Source: Chiloscyllium plagiosum (Eukaryota). From it: a stretch of DNA of 64,000 nt. A model generated the notes under the pieces. That model ran no database searches. It was not told the origin of the DNA and saw only the letters and a list, made by a program, of their open reading frames with translations. Where the stretch lies: assembly GCF_004010195.1 (NCBI RefSeq), contig NC_057710.1, forward strand, positions 123,917,367 to 123,981,366, read 5' to 3'. Shown piece after piece: positions 51,113 to 61,699 of this stretch. Made by a program: the position numbers and the translations under genes. The first letter of the stretch is position 1, and every line of letters starts with the position of its first letter.

Positions 51113-52022
51113 TGGTCATAGGAAGTGAATGCCTTGATCATCTTGTTAACCAGTCAGAAACTGGAGGGGAAAGGATTTTTTTTGTTAGTCTACAGAGATT
51201 TGTTATGGTCTTCTCTTTGACATAAATGTACTGTACAGATCTGATCTTTTTATTTAATTTATTGTGGACCAAGTTGAGAAAAGGATACTACTTTATCAGA
51301 GAAACTGGGAAAGGAGATATTTCAGTTTTAACTCGTTACTGCTGCTCATTGTGAGTTGTGTTTATGTTGTCGCTTTGATGAAGCAGTGGGGAGGATTACT
51401 GGTCTCATCAGTGCTGTGGATGTATGGTCAGCGCAGTGTTATGCAGAGACAACCTGCTTATTGGTTTTTCAACTCAGGACCAGCTTTATGAGTCAAGAAT
51501 GCTTAGCATAACAACTCTCTAATTGGCTCTTGACAGGTGAATAACCAATGTGTGAACAACATAAGGGCAAAAAGCTTCCAGACTGCAAAAAGACAGCATT
51601 TTGTTCTCCTTGCAGAGAAGTATCAAAAATTTGGAAGATAGCTAGCTATTTTTGCTCTCCCTTTGCTATAAATTGCTGCAGCTATCCACTGACTGAAGAC
51701 TGAACCATTATTGTGCCAACTACCCGATATCTGCAGTAAAGAACTGAGAGGACTCAGAAAGAGGAAAATTGGAGATCAGGAAGAATCAGAAGAAACAAAA
51801 AAGACACTTCATTGAATCAGTGGACCAGTGCTATCAAACAATGTTATCCTAATTTGCTTTGCTCTACACTGAACTTCTAAGTTTATTTGGTTCTCTATGC
51901 CTGCCTATGTTATAAGAGTTTAAGAAGAGCTCGAGCTAAAAGTTGATAGTTCATAGTAATTTCTTGTTGAGTATAGCAACCTGACCAGTGTTTTCTGATT
52001 ACCTGTGTTCATCAGACAGAAA

Positions 52023-52229
52023 CAAAAGTCACACAACACGAGATTATAGTCCAACAGATTTATTTCAAATCATACGCTTTTGGAGCACTGCTCCTGCATC
52101 AAGTCACTTCAGCTGATGAAGGAACAGCACTTCAAAAGCTTGTGATTTCAAATAAACCTGTTGGACTATAATCAGATGTCATGTGACTTATGACCTTGTC
52201 CACCTTAGTCCAACACTGGCACCTCCACA
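52023..52229. mobile_element. Fold-back double-hammerhead PLE element (relative of the 39931 family) with 14-bp TSD
   Basis: TSD tcatcagacagaaa at 52009-52022 and 52230-52243. Inverted arms around ~52107, CTGATGA at 52113-52119, and the same tail (gtccaacactggcacctccacatca). Confidence 0.88.
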
Positions 52230-52342
52230 TCATCAGACAGAAAAAGTGAGAACTTTCAGTAATTTGATTATGTCCTTAGCTTTTGTGACAATCCCAAGAC
52301 CAATGGGACTTGACTATCAGTGCGCTTTTCCAAATCAGTTAT

Positions 52343-52446
52343 GAGTCAAAAGGTGTGGTACTGGAAAAGCACAGCAGGTCAGGCAGCCTTGGCTCAGAGT
52401 CTTTTTGACTCTGATCTGCAACATCAGCAGTCCTCACTTTCTCCAA
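52343..52446. mobile_element. Internally deleted fold-back PLE terminus
   Basis: gagtcaaaagg...ctttttgactc inverted ends, plus a tail (gcagtcctcactttctcc) matching the 33291 and 34392 copies. Confidence 0.6.
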
Positions 52447-52599
52447 GTGGGTTGTGAAAAGAGTACCACGCACATAGAAGGATTTGTGAAACAATAATAT
52501 GAGTTCTTTGTTGGAAGGTACAGAATAATTCATTGGAATGTTAAATACAGTTAATTATTGCCTTCCACTGTTGCTTTAGCCTGGCTATCAAATCCTGGG

Positions 52600-53205
52600 A
52601 TTTAAAAAACAAATTGTGGAATGTGGATGTCAAAGGCTGGACCCAGAATTTATTGTTCATCCCGAGTAGACCTTGAGATGGTGGTGTTGAGCTGCCTTCT
52701 TGAACTGTTACAGTCCATTTGTTACTGGTATAATACTGTCTGGAAGGGAACAGCAGAATTTTGACTCTTCAAGGGAACTTGCAGTTTGTGGTTTCCCATA
52801 TATCTGCTAACCTTGTCCTTCTAGGTGGAAGTGATTATAGGTTTGGGAGGTACTGTCAGAGGAGGCTTGGTGAATTTCTGCAGTGCTTCTTGTAGATAGT
52901 ACATTTTGTGGCTACTGAGCACTGCTGGTAGAGGGAATGGATACTTGTGAAGGTGGTGACAATCATATGGTCTCTTTATCCTGGAGGTGTCAAGCTTGAA
53001 TTTTGTGAAACTGCACTTATACAGACAAGTGGGGAGCATTCCACCGCACTTCTGACTTGTGTGTTGCAGATGATTGACAGGCTTTGGGTAGTCAGTGGGT
53101 GAATTACTTGTTGCAGGATTCCCAGTGTCTGACGTGCTCTTGTTGCCCAGGATTTATATGGCTCATCCAGTTTAGTTTTTAGTCGATGTAACTCCCAGGA
53201 TGTCA
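52600..53205 (-). mobile_element. CR1-clade LINE (second family) 3' part
   Basis: Reverse complement of the 33100-33835 type of sequence. Confidence 0.75.
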
Positions 53206-53328
53206 GTGGATCATGTCCTCATGAGGTAGATTCTGATGTCAGTAGTTTAGGATATGCTGCCTTAATAGTGTATGCTATCATATTTCTATGTCCTCCATGG
53301 TTTTTTATTTAAAGAATTATACTATTTA

Positions 53329-54088
53329 CATAGAGTCATAGAGTCATAGAGATGTACAGCATGGAAACAGACCCCTTCGGTCCAACCCATCCATGCAGAC
53401 CAGATATCCCAACCCAATCTAGTCCCACCCGCCAGCATCCGGCCCATATCCCTCCAAACCCTTCCTATTCATATACCCATCCAAATGCTTTTTAAATTGC
53501 AATTGTACCAGCCTCCACCACTTCTTCTGGCGGCTCATTCCATACATGTACTGCATGAAAAAGTTGCCCCTTAGGTCTCTTTTATAGCTTTCCCCTCTCA
53601 CCCTAAACCTATGCTCTCTAGTTCTGGACTCCCACATCCCAGAGAAAAGACTTCGTCTATTTATCCTATCCATGCCCCTCATAATTTTGTAAATCTCTAT
53701 AAGGTCACCCCTCAGCCTCTGACTGTCCAGGGAAAACAGCCCTAGCCTATTCAATCTCTCCCTACAGCTCAAATCCTCCAACCTTGGCAACATCCTTGTA
53801 AATCTTTTCTGAACCTTTCATATTTCACAACATCTTTCCGATAGGAAGGAGACCAGAATTGCACGCAAAATTCCAACAATGGCCTAACCAATGTCCAGTA
53901 CACTCGCAAGATGACCTCCCAACTCCTGTACTCAATACTCTGACCAATAAAGGAAAGCATACCAAACGCCTTCTTCACTATCCTATCTACCTGCGACTCC
54001 ACTTTTAAGAAGCTCTGAACCTGCACTGATCTTTGTTCAGCAACACTCCCTAGGACCTTACCATTAAGTGTATAAGTTCTGCTAAGAT
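53329..54088 (-). mobile_element. Young CR1 LINE, 5'-truncated
   Basis: ORFs 53769..54134 (LVRPLLEFCVQFWSP) and 53419..53793 (RLRGDLIEIYKIMRG), with an (atagagtc)n tail. Confidence 0.93.
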
Positions 54089-54254
54089 ACATGTGGAAAC
54101 AAAAATAAAAAAACAATGTTGTTTCTGAGTGCACTATAATACAGAGCAGCTCATTTACAAGCGTCTGAAATGTAAGACAGTTTGCTTATCCATCCAGTTT
54201 TAGTTATGATGATCTTTCCTTAACTTCTTCAGAATTCCAGTTAAGAAAGCTTTA

Positions 54255-54650
54255 TTTGTCACTCGAGCAGAAATGTTCCCTCTAATTTCTCTCCACAGGC
54301 ACTGCCAGGACTGCTGAGCTTTTCCGGCATTTTCTGTTTTTGTTTCTGATTTACAGCATCCGCAATTCTTCCAGTTTTTATTTGAGTTGTTTCTTCGGGC
54401 ATGTTTTGGTCGCTTTAAGTTATTCTGATTTGGCATCTTGTTGCATTGTCTTGCAATTTGGTGTTCATAGTTAATTTGATCTTGAGTTTGGATATACACT
54501 GACAATTTATGATGTCCTGAAGAACGGTCACTGGAATGAAATGTTGATTCTGCTTTCTCTGCACAGATGCTGCCAGACCTACTGAGTTGCTTTAGACATT
54601 TCTGTTTCTCTTTCAGATTTCCAGCATCTGCAGTTTTTTGCTTTTGCTGA
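54255..54650 (+). mobile_element. Two tandem PLE terminal fragments (~54255-54380 and ~54516-54650)
   Basis: The second starts cCTGAAGAacggtcactggaatGAAAtgttg. Both continue with cacag..ctgccagac...cagcatc(c/t)gca. Confidence 0.65.
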
Positions 54651-54717
54651 TAACTTCTGATGGATTCCAAATTTCAAAAGTTGCATGTTGTATTTGAGCT
54701 TTCTGGTAAATATTATG

Positions 54718-54950
54718 GAGGAACATAGGAACAGATGTAGGCCATTCAGCCCCTCAAACCCATTCCACCATTCAATTAGATGATGGCTGATCTATGGCTT
54801 AATTGCCTTTTGCATTAGTACCTTTGCTTAAGATTTAAAATTAACATCTGATCTAGCATCCACTGCCACTTGTGGAAGAGAGTTCCAAACACCTACCACC
54901 CTTTGTGTGTAGAAGTGATTCTAACATCTCTCCTGAATGGTCTGGCCCTA
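54718..54950 (-). mobile_element. CR1 3' end fragment
   Basis: gaacataggaacagatgtaggccattcagcccctc. Confidence 0.7.
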
Positions 54951-54971
54951 TTGTTCAGAAATAAGGGTCCA

Positions 54972-55186
54972 CAGATGACCATGAATTCAATTCCAATTGT
55001 CATGAAAACCAATCTGATTCACTCATATCTTTCAGGGAAGGAAATTGTCATCTTTATACTGTGTGGCCCTCATGTGACTCCAGACCCAAAGCAATGTGGT
55101 TGACCCTTAACATCCCTCTGGGCAATTAGGACAATAAATACTGACCTAGCCAGTGATGTCCTCTCATCTGAATAAATTTTTAAAAA
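54972..55186 (+). mobile_element. SacSINE1/DeuSINE-like 3' portion
   Basis: tttcagggaaggaaattgtc...catgtgactccagacccaaagcaatgtggttgac...gggcaattagg..caataaatactg. Confidence 0.65.
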
Positions 55187-56179
55187 TTAAGTTTTAACAA
55201 TTTTGTGGTCATTTTGCAGCTTTTTGCAGGACTTTGTATGTTATGGAACTTATTAATAACTCTGAAAGTTACATCCAGCTTTAAATTGCAGTTCATTTAG
55301 TGACCTCTGTCTTAGGTTGACATGGGTTATTGCTTGGTTGTAATTGTGGTGGTGTTGAGCTGGTTCTATTCCCAGTTCTAGTTTTGAACTCTGCCAACAA
55401 AACAGTATTTTTTTGCAGAAAAATAGAGCTGGCTGTTTGAAAGGGTGAGTGAAGCAGTGAAAACTAACTTTTTTATAACCTTTCATTCACTTTAGGCACT
55501 GTTAATGAACCGATTGTTTTTTCCAGCCTTGTCTGCAATATTTAGTTCCATTACTGTTGAATTCTCCTGTCTGTGGATTCTATGTAAAGTGTTACTAGAT
55601 CTGTTGTTTATACTCTCTGTTTCTGCACAAATCTCACAGCAGATCCACTTTTGTATTTGAGCTCTCTCAGATTTGAACAATCTTTCCAGGATCTGGTCCC
55701 TGCTGTCAAGTGAATTGTAATCTCAAGTAAGCAGGTGCAGTGTATATTGGATTCCTATAGAGGCTGTCGAATTGCTTACACCCAGCGAGGTTTTTTGATG
55801 GTAGTTTATCTTTCTACCTAGCATTTCCATCGGCACTTGTCTTCATATGCCTTACCTAGCCTGATGTTCCTATGTGATTCTACTCTGTGGCTGCAGCATG
55901 GTTGGTGAACAATGACTGATTTTCTTTGGGGGTGAATGCAAGTGGCTTTGCAGGATGCCCTCAAGTAACTCTGGAACTTGTGGGTGCCCGTTTTGCACTA
56001 CAGCAGTTTGACATGGTTGGTAACATTTTGGTTTTATTGCCTAGTCCATAACATGAAAGATTGTCAGGTCCCACCCTGTATGATAATAGTTTGAGTTCAG
56101 CTTGGATCTATATTTTAGAATACTGCTTTGCTCAGAAATATAAAACTTGGAATGAGGATTTCATGAGCTCTAGATGAAA

Positions 56180-58097
56180 TAATTAATTGTTACATCTCCA
56201 TTTAGAGAGGCAAGGTTTGACCGGGATAGTTGTCACAAGGCTAGTCCTTTTTTTAAAAAGCTGTTCCTGGGTTAAGGATACTCTGTCCTTGATTTTTTTT
56301 TCAGAGGGGTAATAAACCAGGCCAGACTCTGATTAGACTGGTTTGGTACAGAGATTGATGGGTATTAAGAGGCCTTTTTCTTTCTATGTAAACAGATAAG
56401 ACTTCAGGCGAAAGTGGTCATGTTTTAGAAGTGACCTGTATAAAGAAAGGGGAGTGGTCAGCTCTCTAGCTGAGCAGTTTAGTTCAGCCCAGAACTGGTT
56501 TGGAGTTCCAACAGTGAGTTGTGTGAAAACTCTCTTTTCTCTCCCTTCTAACTTCAACCTGTAAGCATCTGACCCTTTTTTGTACTGGGTTTTAAAGGGG
56601 GTTGACTTTTGGGTTTGTTGTGTATATTTGGAACAGCATACTTAAGTCTAGTTTGTATAGACTGAGTTCTGTAGGAGTTCTTTGTTCTATTCTTTGTGTT
56701 TCATTGTGTAATTTTATGACTAAATTTTTGTCTGTTTTAAACCTGGTAGTCAACCTAACTAACTAAATCTGGATAATTGTCACTGTACACTTACTGAAAC
56801 AAATTGCAAAATTATGGTCTGGGCTGCCTGTTTAAGAATGTTTTAAGTGGTCTGGCCTAGTCCATAACATAGTCAGCATGGTTTTGTCAGAGGGAAGTCA
56901 TGCCTAACAAATCTGATTGCATTTTTTGAAGAGGTAACCAGGTATATAGATAAGTGCAGGACAGTTGATGTAGTTTATATGAAATTCAACAAAGCCTTTG
57001 CCAAGCCCTACATGGGAAGCTGGTAAAGAAGATAAAAGCTCATGGAATCCAGAGTAACGTGACAATTTGGATCCAAAATTGGCTTAGTGGAAGGAGACAG
57101 AGGGTGGTAGTAGAAGACTGGAGCCAGGTGTACTGTGGCTTAGTGCCTTATTGTTTGTGATATTCATAAATGATGTAGATAAGAATATGGGGGAAGGTGA
57201 TAAGTAAGTTTGTGGATAACAGCAAGGTGGTTGACAGCAAGGAGAGAGATATCAGGTTACAGGAGGATTTAAACAGATTGGTCAGATGGGCAGATCCAAG
57301 GAGGATGGATTTTAACCCTGATAAATGTGAGGTGATGCACTATGGAAGAAGGAACAAGACAAGGGAGTGCTCAATAATGGCAAATCACTAGGTAACTCAG
57401 GAAGATGAATCTTGGGGCACTGTTCACAGATCTGTGAAGGTGGCAAAACAGTTTAACAGGGTCCTTAAGAATGCATAGGACATGCTTACCTTTATCAGAT
57501 TATGAGAGCAGGGACACCCTGTTGGGACTTTACAGAAGTGTGGTTAGACCACAAATGAAGTACTGTGCGCAGTTCTGGTTGTCACACTATAGGAAGGATG
57601 TGATTGCAGTGAAGGGGATGTAAAGGAAACTCAGCAGGATGTTACCTGGGATGGAGCATTTCAGTTCTGAAGAGAGGCTGGATAACTTTGGGTTGTTTTC
57701 TTTGGAGCTGAGAAGGTTCATGGGGACCCTGATAGAAGTATATAAGATTAATATGGGCATAGACAGGGTCATTAGGAAGAAGTTATTCCCTTTGGTCAAA
57801 AGGTCAATAACAAGGGGGCATAACATAAAAGTGAAAGGCAGGAGGTTTAGAAGGCTTTTGAAGAAAAACATTTTCATTCAGAGGGTGATGGGCATCTGGA
57901 ATGCCTCTCTTAGAGGATAGTTGAGGTGGGAATCCTCAGAACCTTTAAAAACTACTTGGATGAACACTTGAAGGGTCATAACATTCAAAGCTATGAGCCT
58001 AGTAAGGGAAGGTGGATCTAATATAGGAAGTAGAATATTTTTGTTGGTACAGACTCAATAGTCCGAAGGGCCTCTTCTGTACTACATGATTCTATGG
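56180..58097 (+). mobile_element. CR1 LINE RT to 3' end, interrupted by a solo LTR
   Basis: HLERQGL.RDS|QHGFVRGKSCLTNL reads through once the LTR is removed. ORFs 57197..57391 and 57639..57920. Confidence 0.9.
56231..56869 (+). mobile_element. Solo LTR (639 bp) with 4-bp TSD
   Basis: TGTCAC...ATAACA termini, TAGT duplicated at 56227-56230 and 56870-56873, and a precise interruption of the CR1 frame. Orientation is tentative. Confidence 0.85.
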
Positions 58098-59068
58098 TTT
58101 TCTCTCATGCTGTGGTGAGTAGCTGAACTATATGGAATAAGAATGCCCCAGGTTCAATTTAGTCTGTGATAGGTTCGGGAACTTTCACTGGTGTAGTGGT
58201 AGACACTTCACAGTTGACCTGGAGTTAGAGAATGAGACCGGATTCCTGCGTTTTCCCCAACCAGTGGTCATTGCAGGCAACTCTGCATGTCTAACAGCTA
58301 ACTGAGGAGAGGGTTTGGCTTGGTGGCCATGACTCAGAAATGAAAACGCTTCAAGAGTCACTTCCCCTAGAAGGCCCAGTGCACACTGTGTAAATCAACA
58401 TGGCCAATGCATTCAGTTGTGTAACTAATTCACAGCAAGGTAGTTCCTGAACATAAATGGGATAGAATCTGTGAGGAGCTTCTCATCAATCCATAAATTG
58501 TCTTTTGTGAGTACTTCTCCAATCACAGCATGAGCCTCCCCTGTACGTGTTGCTGATTGGTGCAATATTCAGGGGAAAAAACTATGCTGTGATTGGAGGT
58601 GCTGATGGGGAAATGAGTGGGTGCAATGACCAGGTCATTGTCATTAGTGTCCATCAAGCCCAAACTTCAGGGATTGCCACCAAGAACTGCCTCTGGACTC
58701 AGGAATTCCCACTGGGTACCTGGCCCAGAAGCTACTGGGAGCCATGCTTTAAGGGTTGCCAAGTGCCAGGTTGCCAAGGGTATGCTGGGTCAGTTGAATC
58801 TGTGGGATGCCATCCGCTGTCGGGGTAAGGGTGAAGAGGATAAGGAGGCTGTAAAGGGGGTGGAAAGAAGGAGATAGCAGGGGAGGCAGGATAGGAGACT
58901 GCCTAGATGGAGGTGAAGGGATATGTGGGGGCATGGTGGTTGGGGAAAGAAAAGGCTGCTAAGGGTGTTGAAAGTGGAAATCCCCAAGGAAATGATAATC
59001 AGGCAGCCAAAAGGAGAAGGAGAAAAAAGGCTATATGGAGGTTGGATGGGGGATAGAAGGGCAGAATA

Positions 59069-60523
59069 TGTTATTATTTAATACAGTCTGACAAAAATGC
59101 CTGAGAACAGATGGAGCTAGGAAACAGATGATTGTTGTAAGTTAATTGAAAGTAATCTGGTGAGTTCTCAACTTGGTGTAATCAATATCTTAGAGTTTTG
59201 AGCTGTTTGAGGTGGAATAAAATTCTCTCTACTAAAATACATGCCTGGAATCTGTCTAACCAAGATTAAATCTGGTGTCTATCAATGGAAGCAGGGGATG
59301 GTTAGTTGGTTGTAACTTAAAGATTCAAAACTAAGCATTATTTTAACCAAAGAATAATTTCGAGAAGATGTCAGTGTGTTAGCTGAATCAGAATCAAAGG
59401 TTTCAGGATATGGTATCCCACCCGTTTGCTGAATAACAATCTTATGACCAATGGAAACAGTAAGCAATCACGTGGATCCAAGTCATTATCTATCAAAGAA
59501 GAAACAAAGTATACTCTTGGCTCTTTCACCACTGCACAAAAACAAAAAAGAATCAACATTTTGTTTAAAATTGGAGACTGGTGATTTGAACAAGGAATGA
59601 CTGAATGAATGAATTAGCTTTATTGTCATATGTACTCAAATTAGTGCAATGAAAAGTTTATAGTTATTACATTACAACACCATCTTAGGTACAAAGATAC
59701 CTTGGTGCAGATGAATGTTTGGACAAATTGATAACTTTCATTGATAAAATTGATCAAAAATATAGTGTGCTAACAGCTGATGAGATGTGGCCAGGTTTGG
59801 ATAAATTTGGAAAGACTAAATATTGTTACACAGAAGGGTACATAATGGAATTCCACAGATTACTTGCAAAAATGCAAAAATTATTTTTGGAAATTCCCAA
59901 TCTGTGTTGACATTTAAATTATTAGATTCTTCCAAAGTACAAATAATGGACATACCTCTAGTTTTGACAGGAGCTAAGTTTGCAGATAAACATATGCTGC
60001 TCAAATAAATATCAGAAGTACCAAAACTATTCCTTGGAAAGTGTTCTTTACCAGCAGTAGTCATAGTGCAAATGGTTTCATTGACTTTACGACAGAAAAT
60101 GGAAAACACAGTGTTAGCAGATTGGTGAGAACCCCCTAGAGAAAGGACTTAGGTGACAGTACAAAATTGGAATTTTAACTAAGACAAATGAAAACAGGAA
60201 TTCTTTTGACAAATTTGTGAAGGGAAGAGAATACTTACAATAAAAGGATGAAGTCCAGAATTATGCAAGATGTAGTCAATTGATGTTTCAGGTATGATTC
60301 AAAGTAACATTATGCTATTAACTGCCCCAAACAGTACAGTAGAGTATCTGAAGTTAAACAAGAAATGGAAATGTCAGAAGAAAACGATGGAGATGTGGAT
60401 ATAATAGAATGACTAGTGTTGTTCACAAGCCATTTTACTTTAGTAATGAAGTGCTCGTGGTAAAATCTTTCAGTTGTGCAGAATTGGATAGCAAATGCAA
60501 GTTTACGGTGTATGGTATAGAAT
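59069..60523 (+). mobile_element. Ty1/Copia (GalEa-like) LTR retrotransposon fossil: 5' LTR, PBS, gag, zinc knuckle, protease start
   Basis: LTR-like TG..CA at 59069-59284 with AATAAA. PBS tggaagcaggggatggtt (59286-59303) matches the tRNA-iMet complement TGGTAGCAGAGGATGGTT at 16/18. gag pieces SYDQWK..W..V..LSKKKQ..LALS, LDKLITFIDK, YIMEF, SVLTFKLLD and LVLTG. Decayed knuckle CFRYDSK*HYAINCP; protease-like AELDSKCKFTVYG. Confidence 0.78.
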
Positions 60524-61146
60524 CTAGATAAGTACAGAGAAAAATACTGGGAAGGGACAGGTTAATAGTTGAGGGAGAAGAGTTGAAGTTGTTGGATTGT
60601 CTGAATTTCTCTTGCAAAGAACTGGCACAGAGTTAATGGATTGAATTGCCTATTTCAATGCTATCCTACTCTATTCTATAGGACCCAACCTGCATCTCAG
60701 AGATGCTTGATAGAAGCTGTCAAGGATTAAAAGGAGGAGGGGGATAAGGAGATGCCTTTTCCCCTTCTTCCCCAGGCCCACTAGTGGGCTGGAAAAGCAG
60801 TTAGCTCACACTACATTAGCTCAGGCTTGATTTTCCCACTGATTTTTCCCCTGCCCTGCTTTTTCCTCAACCTGTCATAGAGACTTTCCTCGCCTCCATT
60901 TGGTACTCCTTGTCATCAGTTGAAAAGCTTATTGAAATTGGTAATAGATATAACTACAACAGGCTTTGACACTGGTATACTGCATTGAGAAAATATAGTA
61001 TGGTGATTACTTTCTAACTCTGAATAGTGCTCAACAAGAATGTGCATTACTGCAACAGGATCCTACCACGAGTGTAAACTAAAAAAATTAACCTATTGGA
61101 ATTCAAACCTTCATATCAGCGACTAGTAGTTTTTTTTCTTCGAATA

Positions 61147-61243
61147 TAGGAACCATAATAAACAAGGAAGGAAGGAATAGGAACTATAATAAACGCATAT
61201 GAAGAAATAAGAAGCATAACAAACACAAAGGAAGAAAGAATAG
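61147..61243. repeat. Degenerate ~31-bp tandem repeat, about 3 copies
   Basis: taggaaccataataaac.../taggaactataataaac.../taagaagcataacaaac... Confidence 0.5.
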
Positions 61244-61699
61244 CTGTTTAAATCAGTCTAAGTGGTTCTGCAGTCATCACAAATTCCCCTGTCAATACTC
61301 TGGTCACAAATTAAGTCCTTTTAATCCATCATCACTTTACAAACTTTGCTGACTCCCCATTCCTCAACTTAATTACTCTAAAACACTAGCGTTCAGTAAA
61401 ATTCCTCTGTTCAATCAGTGTTTAATTTATATCAGATACCAGGAGTTGCAACTTTACATCATGCTTTCTTGTAAGTTTCTGGAACAGGCACATATTTTTA
61501 TTTGTGTATGTTTTATTTGTTTATGCAGCTGCTTAGCTTACCATTTTCATTTTATACTGTCTTCCACTGCCCTTTGTTCACTCAATTTACCACTGAAACC
61601 CATTTTGTACTTTCATTAACATCAGGCCACAAACATCAATATCCCTCTGAGCTTCACTCTACGCTAACCCAAATCATACAGCATTTACCTGCTTGTTAC

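Noticed and set aside
51201..52460. Possible solo LTRs here and at ~19430-20185
   Set aside because: LTR-like composition, but termini and TSDs could not be pinned down.
54200..54670. 156-aa minus-strand ORF
   Set aside because: Built from two non-coding PLE terminal fragments.
55490..56030. Possible non-CR1 LINE ORF2 fossil (minus strand)
   Set aside because: Coding-like, but no diagnostic motif could be read confidently.
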